DNA from: Bacteroidales bacterium
GTDB taxonomy: Bacteria; Bacteroidota; Bacteroidia; Bacteroidales; UBA12077
NCBI GenBank assembly: GCA_028282585.1
Contig: JANQHR010000052.1
Span: 24,363 to 88,362 of the forward strand
Direction: 5' to 3'
Length of the DNA: 64,000 bases
A program made the translations under genes and the position numbers. The notes beneath the pieces are model-generated. The model saw nothing but the letters and a program-made list of their open reading frames with translations. It made no database searches and was not told the origin of the DNA. Shown one piece after another: positions 10,332 to 20,655 of this stretch (position 1 is its first letter; every line of letters begins with the position of its first letter).

Positions 10332-11582
10332 TTAATCAAGTTTATGAATAACCAATCCACTTCTAAGTTTTGGTTCGAACCAAGTAGTTTTTGGTGGCAT
10401 AATATTTCCAGTATCTGCAATATCAATTAATTGTTGTAATGATGCTGGGTATAAAGCAAAAGCAACTTTCATATCGCCGCTATCTACACGTTTTTTTAGT
10501 TCACCTAAACCACGAATTCCACCAACAAAATCAATTCTCTTTGAAGTTCTTAAATCTGTAATGTTAAATAAAGGTTCAAGTACTTGTTTAGAAAGAATAG
10601 TTACATCTAATACGCCAATAGGATCTTTATCATTATAAGTTCCTTCTTTAGCTGTTAATTTATACCAGTCTCCAGCAAGATACATACTGAATTCATGCAA
10701 TTTAGAAGGTTTATAAATTTCTGAGCCTATTTTTTCAACTTCAAACGAATTAGTCAATTTTTCAACTAATTCTTCTTCAGATAAACCGTTAAGGTCCTTT
10801 ACGACACGGTTGTAATCAATAATTTTTAACTGATTGTCGGGGAAATGAACGGCCATAAAGAAATTATATTCTTCATTGCCGTTATGATTAGGATTTTGCT
10901 CCTGTTTTTCAACACCGATTCTTGCAGCAGCAGCGGTTCTGTGATGTCCATCAGCAACGTATGTATAAGGAACTTTTGTTGCAAATAAGTCTTCTAATTT
11001 CTTATTCGTATCAGTATCATTTATTGCCCAAAAATGATGTCCGAAACCATCCTCAGCAACGAAATCGTAATCTGCTTCTTGAGTTTTTACTATGTTCTCA
11101 ACAATTGCATCAATCTCAGGGACAGCTTTATAAGAAAAGAACACCGGTTCGATATTCGCATTAGTATAACGAGTTAAAACCATCCTATCATCTTCTTTTT
11201 CCGGACGAGTTAACTCATGCTTTTTGATAATTCCGTTATGATAATCTGCGCAAGCAGCAGCACCTACTATTCCATATTGAGTGCGACCATCCATCGTTTG
11301 AGCATAAATATAAAATTTTGCTTCTTCATCTTGCACTAACCAGCCTTTTTCCTGGAATGCTTTGAAGTTCTCAACAGCTTTTTCATAAACAGTATCTGAA
11401 TGAACATCTATCCCTGGCTCACAGTCAATTTCTGCTCTTGTAATATGTAATAACGAACAATCTTTGCCCTCAGCCATAATAGCAGCTTCTTCACTGTTCA
11501 TTACATCGTATGGTAAAGATGCTAAATCTTTAGAAATTTCTTTTGGAGGCCTTAGGCCCTTAAATGGTTTTATTATTGCCAT
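10332..11582 (-). CDS. DUF1015 family protein
   Basis: N-terminus MAIIKPFKGLRP and a length near 416 aa are characteristic of DUF1015. Confidence 0.75.
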   Translation of the reverse strand: MAIIKPFKGLRPPKEISKDLASLPYDVMNSEEAAIMAEGKDCSLLHITRAEIDCEPGIDVHSDTVYEKAVENFKAFQEKGWLVQDEEAKFYIYAQTMDGRTQYGIVGAAACADYHNGIIKKHELTRPEKEDDRMVLTRYTNANIEPVFFSYKAVPEIDAIVENIVKTQEADYDFVAEDGFGHHFWAINDTDTNKKLEDLFATKVPYTYVADGHHRTAAAARIGVEKQEQNPNHNGNEEYNFFMAVHFPDNQLKIIDYNRVVKDLNGLSEEELVEKLTNSFEVEKIGSEIYKPSKLHEFSMYLAGDWYKLTAKEGTYNDKDPIGVLDVTILSKQVLEPLFNITDLRTSKRIDFVGGIRGLGELKKRVDSGDMKVAFALYPASLQQLIDIADTGNIMPPKTTWFEPKLRSGLVIHKLD

Positions 11583-11613
11583 ATTTTAAAAGTATTTAGT
11601 TATTTGTTTTTAG

Positions 11614-11970
11614 TTATTTAATCCTTTTTGATATTGCTTTTGTTAATCCAGTCAACATTTTTGATATTTCAATTAAATCATTTCTCAATTGTGTATAAAT
11701 TAGATCATTAATATAATCTCTTCTCTTGGCAATTTCAATACATACTACACTTTCCTTTAGATTTGCTTTTGAAATATTTAATAAATTACTTTGGGCTGTC
11801 ACAAGCTCTTTCCGCAATATTTAACACAACCGAAGTTGTTGACCTTAATTAACTGACTCGCTAAACTAAATTTCTCAATTTCTGGTAATTTTTCAGTTAT
11901 CCTATAAATTTCATCGATTAAAACCAGAGATTTTTGATATGCCTCTAATTTTTTGAAATTAAATCCACTT
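11614..11970 (-). pseudogene. frameshifted four-helix-bundle (23S rRNA IVS protein family) gene
   Basis: Family sequence is spread over three frames of the minus strand. FNFKKLEAYQKSLVLIDEIYRITEKLPEIEKFSLASQLI ends in a stop. RSTTSVVLNIAERACDSPK lies in a second frame. The tail ...LEIAKRRDYINDLIYTQLRNDLIEISKMLTGLTKAI is the 67-aa track ORF. No canonical start is left. Confidence 0.65.
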
Positions 11971-11995
11971 GTTACTAACTACTAATAACCAGAAA

Positions 11996-12916
11996 CTAAT
12001 TTACTTTGAAAGTTTCATTTCCGTTTTCAATAAAATCAACTATTTGATTAGCTGCTGCAACACCTGCATTTATATTAGCTTCTGCAGTTTGCGCTCCCAT
12101 TTTCTTAGGAGTAAAGAAAAACCTTCCTTCATATTTCCCGGTGATTTCATCTTTACAATCAGGAGCTATATCAGAAACATACCTGAAGTCTTCCCTTTCT
12201 GAGAAAACCTTTAATAGTTCTTCTTCATTAATAACTTCTTTTCTTGCAGTATTAATTAAAGTGGCTCCTTTAGGCATTTTACTTATCAGATCAAACCCAA
12301 CTGATTTTTTAGTTTTTTCATTTGAAGGAATATTTAAAGATAGATACTGGCAATTTGAATATAGTTCTTCAACTGAACTTACCGGAGTAACTCCATCTTT
12401 TTTAATATGTTCATCATTTACAAATGGATCAAAGGCAAACACTTCCATTCCAAAGCCTTTTGCAATCTCTCCTACATATCTTCCAACATTTCCATATGCA
12501 TGAATACCTATCTTTTTACCACGCAATTCAGTTCCTGCTTTTCCATTATAGTTTCCACGGGCGATCATAACAGCCATCCCAATTGCTAACTCCGCAACTG
12601 CATTTGAATTTTGTCCCGGAGTGTTCATAGCTACAATATTAGCTTTAGTACAGGCATTCAAATCAAGATTATCATAACCAGCACCAGCTCTTACAACAAT
12701 TTTTAGGTTTTTCGCTGCATCAATAACTTCTTTAGTTACTTTGTCAGAACGAACAATTAAAGCATCAACATCTTCAACGGCTTTTAGGAAATCAGCGTTA
12801 TCCGTATATTTTTCCAATAAGACCAATTCGTAATTCGCTTTATCTAAAACTTCCTTAATTTGAGCTACTGCTGCCGATGCAAAGGGTTTTTCGGTTGCAA
12901 CAAGAACTTTTTTCAT
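11996..12916 (-). CDS. serA: D-3-phosphoglycerate dehydrogenase (short form, no ACT domain) / D-2-hydroxyacid dehydrogenase
   Basis: NAD fold GIHAYGNVGRYVG and the RAGAGYDNLD motif. It lies directly downstream of serC. Confidence 0.75.
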   Translation of the reverse strand: MKKVLVATEKPFASAAVAQIKEVLDKANYELVLLEKYTDNADFLKAVEDVDALIVRSDKVTKEVIDAAKNLKIVVRAGAGYDNLDLNACTKANIVAMNTPGQNSNAVAELAIGMAVMIARGNYNGKAGTELRGKKIGIHAYGNVGRYVGEIAKGFGMEVFAFDPFVNDEHIKKDGVTPVSSVEELYSNCQYLSLNIPSNEKTKKSVGFDLISKMPKGATLINTARKEVINEEELLKVFSEREDFRYVSDIAPDCKDEITGKYEGRFFFTPKKMGAQTAEANINAGVAAANQIVDFIENGNETFKVN

Positions 12917-12990
12917 TTTGTAATAATTTTAGGTTTTATAAAAAAGACCCAAAGCTAAATACCTTGAGTCTAATATATTAAAATTTGTTA

Positions 12991-14061
12991 TTAAGCATTT
13001 TGAGCTTCAAAATCCTTCATTGCTTGAACCAATGCCTGAACGTCTTCCATTGTAGAAGCATTGTACGTAGAAGCACGGAAACCTCCAACAGAACGGTGAC
13101 CTTTAATCCCAACACAATTTCTTTCAGCAGCAAATGCTATAAAGTCAGCTTCCTTACCTTTATACTGCTCTTCAAAAATAAAAACTATGTTCATTCTTGA
13201 ACGATCTTCTTTTGCAACAGGACAGGTAAACATTTTACTTTCATCGATTGCACCATATAATAAATCCGCTCTATCTTTTGCCAATTTCTCCATAGCTTCA
13301 ACTCCACCCATTGATTTTACCCACTTCAATGTTTCTCTTACTGCAAAAATATTGAATACAGGAGGCGTATTAAACATGGAACCTTTATCAACGTGAGTAC
13401 TATACTTTAACATAGTAGGAACTGGACGTTCAGCGACCTTATCCAATAATTCATTTTTAATTATAACAAAAGTTACTCCGGCAGGCCCTAAGTTTTTTTG
13501 AGCACCACCATAGATCAAATCATATTTTGCTACGTTAACAGGACGACTTAAGAAATCAGATGACATATCAGCAATTAAAGGAGCTTTTACATCTAAATCT
13601 TCAAATATCTCAGTACCGGCAATTGTATTATTTGTTGTAATATGAACGTAATCTACATCATCAGGAATATTAAATCCTTTTGGATAATATGTAAAGTTTT
13701 TATCTTCTGATGATACAACCTCAACTTCTCCAAATAATTTAGCTTCTTTAATCGCTTTAGTAGACCATGTACCGGTGTTAACATAAAGTGCTTTTGATTT
13801 CATGAAATTATATGGTATCATAGCAAATTGTAAACTTGCTCCGCCACCTAAAAAAAGAACAGAATATCCTTCCGGAATACTTAACACTTCCTTCATTAAC
13901 TCAACTGTTTCATCCATTACCGCCTGAAATTCTTTACTTCTGTGCGAAATTTCAATTAATGATTGACCGATTCCGTTTAATTCTAAAACTGCTTCAGCTG
14001 AATTTTTTAAAAGTGGATCTGATAATTTACATGGACCAGCATTAAATATGTGCTTCCTCAT
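12991..14061 (-). CDS. serC: 3-phosphoserine aminotransferase
   Basis: FNAGPC N-terminus, GGGASLQF, and [14 protein letters not shown] (PLP lysine). Length is 356 aa. Confidence 0.9.
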   Translation of the reverse strand: MRKHIFNAGPCKLSDPLLKNSAEAVLELNGIGQSLIEISHRSKEFQAVMDETVELMKEVLSIPEGYSVLFLGGGASLQFAMIPYNFMKSKALYVNTGTWSTKAIKEAKLFGEVEVVSSEDKNFTYYPKGFNIPDDVDYVHITTNNTIAGTEIFEDLDVKAPLIADMSSDFLSRPVNVAKYDLIYGGAQKNLGPAGVTFVIIKNELLDKVAERPVPTMLKYSTHVDKGSMFNTPPVFNIFAVRETLKWVKSMGGVEAMEKLAKDRADLLYGAIDESKMFTCPVAKEDRSRMNIVFIFEEQYKGKEADFIAFAAERNCVGIKGHRSVGGFRASTYNASTMEDVQALVQAMKDFEAQNA

Positions 14062-14216
14062 AATGTATTGTTTTTTAATTTATTAACTATAATTAATTTG
14101 AGACTGCAAGATGCAAATAAATTTTAATATAAAGTGATAAAATTTTATGATGTTCAACATTTTTCTTTAAAGAAAAACGGATCATAAAATTAAGAATAAA
14201 CCATTGAATAAAAAAC

Positions 14217-14945
14217 TCAATTTGAAGCTATTTTCTTAAGATCAACTATATAACCTTCTTTGAGTATTGGCAAAGCTTCTGAAAGGTCAAACCGGAAACA
14301 GTAAGCTACAATTTCTTTAAATCCAAACCGGATCAATCTTTTATATTGAAAAAGTTTTTTAATGTATTCCTCCAAATTTTTATTTGCTTCTTTCCATAAA
14401 TCCAAAGCGGATTGAACCTGATCGGAATTAAATGAGAATTTTCTGGAGCTTATTAATTTCTCAGAAAGAGCACCTGCAAAAAGAAAATCTTCTGCACAAT
14501 AATCTTGCATCCAACCTGAACAGAGAATTAAAACATTTGTTTTCCGATTAACTAAATAGTTAACAACAGTGCTTAAATTTAGAAACGAGGCTATTATTAC
14601 TTGATCGGCACTTTTGACTAAATTAATGGTATTTGTACCATTTGTTGTACTATATACCAAAGTTTTATCCTTTATTTTATCTGAAGTAAACTCAAATGGA
14701 GAATTTCCAAAATCGGCAAAATTAACTTTTTTACCATTTCTTTCGGCAGCAACTAAAAATCCTTGTTTCTTATAACTCTCAGCTTCCTCAAGTGACTTTA
14801 CAGGAATTAGTTTTGCTAATCCATTTTCAAATAAAGTAGTTATTATTGTAGTAGCACGAAGTATATCAACAATAACTATAATTTTATTATCTAGTCTATA
14901 ATTATCAATAAGTTTTGGAGCTAAGCAGATTTCTACGTTATTCAT
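14217..14945 (-). CDS. 2-phosphosulfolactate phosphatase (ComB) family protein
   Basis: The IVVIVDILRATTIITT motif and a length of 242 aa are typical of the ComB family. Confidence 0.65.
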   Translation of the reverse strand: MNNVEICLAPKLIDNYRLDNKIIVIVDILRATTIITTLFENGLAKLIPVKSLEEAESYKKQGFLVAAERNGKKVNFADFGNSPFEFTSDKIKDKTLVYSTTNGTNTINLVKSADQVIIASFLNLSTVVNYLVNRKTNVLILCSGWMQDYCAEDFLFAGALSEKLISSRKFSFNSDQVQSALDLWKEANKNLEEYIKKLFQYKRLIRFGFKEIVAYCFRFDLSEALPILKEGYIVDLKKIASN

Positions 14946-14951
14946 AAAGTA

Positions 14952-15650
14952 TCAATATTCAACTTCCTGAGGAACTTCGTTTGCAGCATTAACAAATATT
15001 CTAATATCATTTAATCCGATATGTCCCTTATAAATTCCTTTTTCCTTATTTATTTTATTAATTCTCTTATGTAAATTAACAGGATCAGCCTCAGATGCCT
15101 TTTCAACAGTATCAAATCCTAAATCATATAACATCCTGGCAAAATTTACACCTACCCATTTAATTCTTGATAGATCTGTTAACTTGGTTAGCTCCAATAT
15201 TTCTTCTTCGCTTATGCCAGTTTCTTCTGAAAGCTCCTTTCTATTAATTTTTGTGATAATTCTATCGTATAACTTTTGTGTATTTTTAATTCCAATCTCC
15301 TCTAATTTTGATACTGTTTCTTCTGAAATATCCGGAAACTCATTTATTTTATTTGGTTTAGGTAAAATACTATTTAACTCTCTTAGCAATATTTTTAAGT
15401 AATCAACTGATAAACAATCAACTTTTGAAAACTCCTCGAGCTTTTCTTTTTTCTTAAGAGTTTGGATTAACTCCTTTACGTTAGTGAGACCCATATTCTT
15501 AAAATGATCTAATCTTTCGTCCAGTTTTTCCTTAAGAATCATTCGACTGGGTGGTAAATATCCTGAGTCCAATTTCTCTTTATACTGATCAATTGTAATT
15601 GACTCTAAATCTATGTAATATCCCATAACCTGAATTTTAAAATTACTCAA
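14952..15650 (-). CDS. hypothetical protein with helix-hairpin-helix-like repeats (DUF4332-like)
   Basis: Repeated segments such as IKWVGVNFARMLYDLGFDTVEKASEADP resemble HhH/DUF4332 modules. The call is tentative. Confidence 0.4.
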   Translation of the reverse strand: MSNFKIQVMGYYIDLESITIDQYKEKLDSGYLPPSRMILKEKLDERLDHFKNMGLTNVKELIQTLKKKEKLEEFSKVDCLSVDYLKILLRELNSILPKPNKINEFPDISEETVSKLEEIGIKNTQKLYDRIITKINRKELSEETGISEEEILELTKLTDLSRIKWVGVNFARMLYDLGFDTVEKASEADPVNLHKRINKINKEKGIYKGHIGLNDIRIFVNAANEVPQEVEY

Positions 15651-15660
15651 GCAAATCTAC

Positions 15661-15687
15661 AAAAAAACCCTACAGATTTGTAGGGTT
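15661..15687 (-). terminator. rho-independent terminator after gcvT
   Basis: aaccctaca-gat-ttgtagggtt hairpin with a T-run on the minus strand (A-run 15661-15667). Confidence 0.75.
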
Positions 15688-15704
15688 ATATGTGTTTTAA
15701 TCAA

Positions 15705-16811
15705 TTATTTGCTCTCATGAAAAGGAGGACGAGCAACAACAGCTTTAAGTTTTTTGTTACGAACTTCAATAAATATTTCGGTTCCTGCTTTCCAGAATCC
15801 TTTATTTAAATAAGCCATTCCAACGCCTTTTTTAATCATTGGCGACATGGTGCCCGAAGTTACTTCACCAATCTCATTTCCGTCAGCATCAACGACTTTA
15901 TAATGCTGTCGTGGAATTCCACGATCTTCCATGATAAATCCTTTTAATCGTGGAGAAACACCTTCTTCCTTTTGTTTTTCCCACTTTTCTCGATCGATAA
16001 AATCATTTCCCTCAACAAATTTGGTTATCCAACCTAATCCCGCCTGAATTGATGAAGTATTATCATCAATATCATTTCCATACAAACAAAATCCGGATTC
16101 TAACCTTAAAGTATCACGAGCTCCTAATCCAATTGGTTTAATTCCAAACTCCTCTCCTGCTTCAAAAACAGCTTTCCACAACTTTTCAGCATCTTCATTT
16201 GCAACATATATCTCGCAACCACCAGAACCTGTATAGCCAGTTGTTGAAAAAATTACCTCCTTAATTCCTGCAAATTCGCACTTTTGGAAAGTATAATATT
16301 CCATGTCAACAACATTAGCAGACGTTAATTTTTGCATTGCTTTTAATGTTAAAGGCCCTTGAATTGCCAACTGAGCAATTTCATCAGATGCATTATAAAC
16401 TTCTTTACCAATCTCCATTCTCATTTCTTGAGCATTTTTTGTTACCCATGTCCAATCTTTATCAATATTAGCAGCATTAACAACTAGCAAGTACGTTTCG
16501 TCATCAATTTTATAAACCAATAAATCATCTACAATACCTCCTTTTCCATTAGGAAAACAAGAGTATTGAACTTTTCCATTATATAAATCAGTAACATTGT
16601 TCGAGGTGATTTTCTGGACTAAATCAAAAGCTTTAGGGCCTTTAACCCAAAACTCACCCATATGTGAAACATCAAATACTCCAAGTTTCTCACGAACAGT
16701 TACATGTTCGTCATTAATTCCAGAATATTCTATTGGCATATTATAACCGGCAAATGGAAGCATTTTTGCTCCCAATTCAATATGAAATTGTGTAAAAGCA
16801 GTATTTTTCAT
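15705..16811 (-). CDS. gcvT: glycine cleavage system aminomethyltransferase T
   Basis: The N-terminus [24 protein letters not shown] and DVSHMGEF are GcvT signatures. Length is 368 aa. Confidence 0.92.
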   Translation of the reverse strand: MKNTAFTQFHIELGAKMLPFAGYNMPIEYSGINDEHVTVREKLGVFDVSHMGEFWVKGPKAFDLVQKITSNNVTDLYNGKVQYSCFPNGKGGIVDDLLVYKIDDETYLLVVNAANIDKDWTWVTKNAQEMRMEIGKEVYNASDEIAQLAIQGPLTLKAMQKLTSANVVDMEYYTFQKCEFAGIKEVIFSTTGYTGSGGCEIYVANEDAEKLWKAVFEAGEEFGIKPIGLGARDTLRLESGFCLYGNDIDDNTSSIQAGLGWITKFVEGNDFIDREKWEKQKEEGVSPRLKGFIMEDRGIPRQHYKVVDADGNEIGEVTSGTMSPMIKKGVGMAYLNKGFWKAGTEIFIEVRNKKLKAVVARPPFHESK

Positions 16812-16844
16812 TATACATTATTTTGAGTTTATTTTATCGTGGTA

Positions 16845-16852
16845 CAAAGCTA
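16845..16852 (-). promoter_or_regulatory. candidate Bacteroidota -7 promoter box (TAGCTTTG) for gcvT
   Basis: The minus-strand sequence tagctttg fits TAnnTTTG and ends 33 nt upstream of the ATG. No clear -33 TTTG was seen. Confidence 0.3.
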
Positions 16853-16901
16853 TAAAATTTTAGTCATAATTATTATGTTTTTAGTACATAACAAAAGAGA
16901 T

Positions 16902-16930
16902 AAAAAAAGGATGATCATAAGACCATCCTC
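16902..16930 (-). terminator. rho-independent terminator after OmpA-family gene
   Basis: aggatgatc / gaccatcct imperfect hairpin, followed by a T-run on the minus strand. Confidence 0.55.
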
Positions 16931-16952
16931 TAAACTAATTGTTCATATTTTA

Positions 16953-19055
16953 TTACTTACTTAAAACCTTGAATTCAACTCTTCTGTTCTGTGCCCGGCC
17001 TTCTTCAGTATTGTTATCTGCAACAGGCTGATTGAAAGAGTAACCTTTATATTCTAATCTACCAGCACCAACTCCTTGTTCTATTAAATAATCAACCACA
17101 CTCTTAGCTCTTGACTCCGATAATTTCTGGTTTGCACGATAAGAACCAACATTATCTGTATGACCAGAAATTTCCAGTCGAATTGTCGGATTCTCTTTTA
17201 GTAATTTCGCGACACGTTCCAGCTCAGCAGTTGACTCTTCCTTTATTGTTGCTTTATTGGTTTCGAAAAATATATTGTTCAAAATCATCTTTGCACCAAC
17301 ATCTATCTTATCTAGTTGGAAATTAGCTGTTACTTTGCTATCAACTACTTGTTTTTGCGATAATGCAGCAATTTCAACAAAAAATAAATAATCTTTTGCA
17401 GTTACTTCAATTCCATAATCTTTCTTTTTAGGAATCTTTATCTGGTAATTACCGGCAGTATCCGTTAGTCCAGTTGCAATTACCTGGCTTTGCTCTAAGT
17501 CAATAACTTCTATTTTTGCAAAGTTAATTCCTTCTGCTGTTTTAGAATCGGTTACTGTACCTGCCATAAACAATGCAGTATCAACTTTAAATTCTGAAGG
17601 TTTTTTGTAAAATAAATCTTCGATTGGTTTATGATTCCATGCAAGGAATATATCTTCGGTTTTAAGTTTTAACTCTTTTTCTTCACCTAAGAAAATTACT
17701 TTATACAGATCTTTTCCACCAAAACCATTATCCCTAACCGATGAATAGTAAGCTTGCTTATTGCTTTCCTCCATTTTAAAGAAAATATCATCGTTTGGAG
17801 TATTAATAGGATAACCAAGATTTTCGGGATTGGACCACATTCCATTTTCATTTCTTTCTATAACAAATACATCAAATCCTCCCATTGAGTTATGGCCTTG
17901 AGAACTGAAATATAATTTATCTTCTTTTGGATGCCAATACACGCCTTCCTCATCATAAATGGTATTTACAGCTGCACCCATATTCATTGGTTCTGTCCAT
18001 TTACTTTTTTCATCCAGCTTACTATAGAAAATATCCATCCCCCCAATTGTTCCTGGCCTGTTCGAAACAAAGAATAATTCGCTTCCATCATTATTAAACG
18101 CAATAGTGGTTTCCTTGTATTTTGATAAAATTTTATTCGATATTCCTTTAGGAGATTTCCAGTTACCATTTTTTAATTCACTTACTAAAATATCACCTCC
18201 GTTCTCATCGCCATTGTATAAGTATATTTTAGTTCCATCCGAAGAAATTGTTAAAACTGACTCATTTCCCTTTGAATCTAATTTATTCTCCAATAATTTA
18301 GGTTTCCTCCACAATTCACCTGCTTGCTCTGATGTAAATACATTTTCTAAAAATTTGTTATCACCTTCGTATCTTCTATCTTTTCCTTCTGTCTCCCGTC
18401 TTGAAGTAAAATACATGATATCCTCTTTTGGATGAAGAACAGGATTATAATCATCATATTCAGAATTAACTCTTTCACTTAAGTTATTAATTATGACCCT
18501 AACAGGATTATTTACCAACTCTTGTCCATACTTACATTGTTTAATATAATTATCGACTCCAATATCAAATTTCTCAAGCTCCTTTACCGAGAAAGAACTA
18601 TAATAAGCCTTATATTGTTCTATTGCGTTTTCAAAATCCAGATTAAAATGATAAGCTCTAGCCAGCATATAGTGTATATCCCTGGCAATATTATTATCTT
18701 TTAAATATGCTTTTTCAAGATATTCAGCAGCATAATAAAATTTATCAGAAGCCAAATAACAAACTCCAATTTTGTAATTCAGGCTTGCACAATCAGAATT
18801 ATACTTATAGGCCTTCAGGTAATGTTCCAAAGCTTGAGGAAAGGTTCCAAGCCCCTCGCTATATAACTTTTCACCTTTTTTAACATGTTTCCATGCTTCA
18901 TTAAATCCCACTTCTTTAATTTCAATTTGAAAATCGGATTTTTTAATTTTAATGTCTTCCTGTGCACTTAAAGTTGCAGTAAATGCTGAAAAAATAAATA
19001 ACGATAATATGGTTGTTTTAATAATTTTCATTTCAAATGATTTTAAGTTATTCAC
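16953..19055 (-). CDS. OmpA-family envelope protein (TPR + TolB-like beta-propeller + CarboxypepD_reg-like + OmpA_C)
   Basis: C-terminal peptidoglycan-binding module (NNIFFETNKATI ... ISGHTDNVGS ... NQKLSESRAKSV ... NRRVEF). N-terminal TPRs and repeated GG.D.F blades are also present. Confidence 0.8.
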   Translation of the reverse strand: MNNLKSFEMKIIKTTILSLFIFSAFTATLSAQEDIKIKKSDFQIEIKEVGFNEAWKHVKKGEKLYSEGLGTFPQALEHYLKAYKYNSDCASLNYKIGVCYLASDKFYYAAEYLEKAYLKDNNIARDIHYMLARAYHFNLDFENAIEQYKAYYSSFSVKELEKFDIGVDNYIKQCKYGQELVNNPVRVIINNLSERVNSEYDDYNPVLHPKEDIMYFTSRRETEGKDRRYEGDNKFLENVFTSEQAGELWRKPKLLENKLDSKGNESVLTISSDGTKIYLYNGDENGGDILVSELKNGNWKSPKGISNKILSKYKETTIAFNNDGSELFFVSNRPGTIGGMDIFYSKLDEKSKWTEPMNMGAAVNTIYDEEGVYWHPKEDKLYFSSQGHNSMGGFDVFVIERNENGMWSNPENLGYPINTPNDDIFFKMEESNKQAYYSSVRDNGFGGKDLYKVIFLGEEKELKLKTEDIFLAWNHKPIEDLFYKKPSEFKVDTALFMAGTVTDSKTAEGINFAKIEVIDLEQSQVIATGLTDTAGNYQIKIPKKKDYGIEVTAKDYLFFVEIAALSQKQVVDSKVTANFQLDKIDVGAKMILNNIFFETNKATIKEESTAELERVAKLLKENPTIRLEISGHTDNVGSYRANQKLSESRAKSVVDYLIEQGVGAGRLEYKGYSFNQPVADNNTEEGRAQNRRVEFKVLSK

Positions 19056-20094
19056 ATTCTGTTATATATTTTTCAGCTTCTTCTATCCCGAGTTCTCTGG
19101 CCATTTTCCAATCTGCACAAGCTGCTGGAAATTTTCCTAAAAACTCTCTGGCGTATCCCCTGTTCATATATGCTTCTGCATACTCAGGGTCTATTCCAAT
19201 GGCCTTATCCAGATCCTGTTCAGCTCCCAGATAATTTTCCATTTTTATTTTTGTAATTCCAGAGTTGTTATATGCTGGTGCATATTCTTTATTCAATTCA
19301 ATTGCTTTTTGAAAATCACGCAAAGCAGCATCATAATTACTCATCTGATAATATGCATTTCCTCGATTATTAAACGCTAAATAATATTCCGGATCTTTTT
19401 TTACTGCTTTTGTAAAATCGTCTATCGCACCTTGAAAATCGCCTGTTTTGATTTTACAACTAGCTCTGTTATCATATGCAACAACTATAGTTGAATCATA
19501 AGCCAAGGCTTGCTTATAATCATGAATAGCTCCATGATGGTCGCCTAACATTCTCTTTGCGCTTGCTCTTTCGTTATAGGCATATGCAAAATCATAATTT
19601 TTATCGATTGCGAGAGTAAAATCAATCAAAGCACTGTTATAGTCTAATAATTCAAAATTCATTAATCCCCGGTAATAATATGCTTCTGACTCCGTAAATC
19701 CTTTTTGTATGGAATGTGTAAAATCAGTTAAGGCATTTTGATAATCCTTCATCAGAAGTTTCATATATCCTCTAACATAAAAAGCTTCACCCAAATTCTG
19801 ATTTAATTCAATCGCTTTTGCCACATCGTTCATTGCCAAATCAAATTCTTGATTTAAGATTTTAATCTTAGCCCTTTCAAGGTAAGGATTTGCAAATTCA
19901 GGATAAATAAATAAAGCTTCATCAAACTTTAAATGTGCCTTAGTGTAGTCGCCTTCCTTGGCAAATCGAACACCTTCATTAAAAAGCAATTTTGCGTTTT
20001 TTTGAAGTTCCTTTAACTCCTCTTCAATAGAATTTTGTGAAAAAGAACTAAAAACAAGCAAAATAGCAAATAAGGTAACGGATAATTTCTTCAT
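19048..20094 (-). CDS. tetratricopeptide-repeat protein (secreted)
   Basis: Signal peptide followed by about eight 34-aa TPR units (A..Y..RG......Y..A..D pattern). It overlaps the downstream OmpA gene by 8 nt. Confidence 0.8.
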   Translation of the reverse strand: MKKLSVTLFAILLVFSSFSQNSIEEELKELQKNAKLLFNEGVRFAKEGDYTKAHLKFDEALFIYPEFANPYLERAKIKILNQEFDLAMNDVAKAIELNQNLGEAFYVRGYMKLLMKDYQNALTDFTHSIQKGFTESEAYYYRGLMNFELLDYNSALIDFTLAIDKNYDFAYAYNERASAKRMLGDHHGAIHDYKQALAYDSTIVVAYDNRASCKIKTGDFQGAIDDFTKAVKKDPEYYLAFNNRGNAYYQMSNYDAALRDFQKAIELNKEYAPAYNNSGITKIKMENYLGAEQDLDKAIGIDPEYAEAYMNRGYAREFLGKFPAACADWKMARELGIEEAEKYITECE

Positions 20095-20275
20095 TCTTTT
20101 ATAAATTGATTTTCGGTATACTCTGCTTATACTCCAAATTGACTTAAATTGTTTAATTATAAGAAAAGTATTGTAAAAATAAAAATTTATACAGGGTTAA
20201 CTAAAAACTATATCGCTTAATTTTCAATTTTCATAAAAGTTTATTTTATTGCATTAAATTAGGATTTGTTTAAAT

Positions 20276-20629
20276 ATGGAATCAAAAAAATTAGTCGACT
20301 TAACATACCTATACGAAATAAGCGATGGAAGTGATAATTTAATTAATGACTTATTTGAAATGTTTTTTAAACAAATTCCGGAATATCAAGATTTACTTAT
20401 CGGTTTTTATGAGAAAAGGGATTTCTACAACTTAGGTAGAATAGCGCACAAAGCAAAATCTGCAATCCTAATGCTAGGACTAAAAGACCTTGCTAATGAG
20501 CTAAAAAAATTAGAAGAAAATGCAAAAGAGGGGAAAAATTTTAATGAATATCAGGAAATAATTGCTAAATTTGTAAGAGATAGTAATATTGCACTAGAAG
20601 AACTAAAGGAAATAAAGAATAATAAATAA
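20276..20629 (+). CDS. Hpt (histidine phosphotransfer) domain protein
   Basis: The HKAKSAILMLGL motif holds the phosphorylatable His in a four-helix Hpt context. Confidence 0.6.
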   Translation: MESKKLVDLTYLYEISDGSDNLINDLFEMFFKQIPEYQDLLIGFYEKRDFYNLGRIAHKAKSAILMLGLKDLANELKKLEENAKEGKNFNEYQEIIAKFVRDSNIALEELKEIKNNK

Positions 20630-20655
20630 ATATATTAACTTTAAAACCGGAATAT

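Noticed and set aside
16812-16952. Glycine riboswitch upstream of gcvT.
   Set aside because: The 140-nt leader lacks the conserved GGAGAG ... CACCG-type cores. It holds only a terminator of the upstream gene and a promoter-like box.
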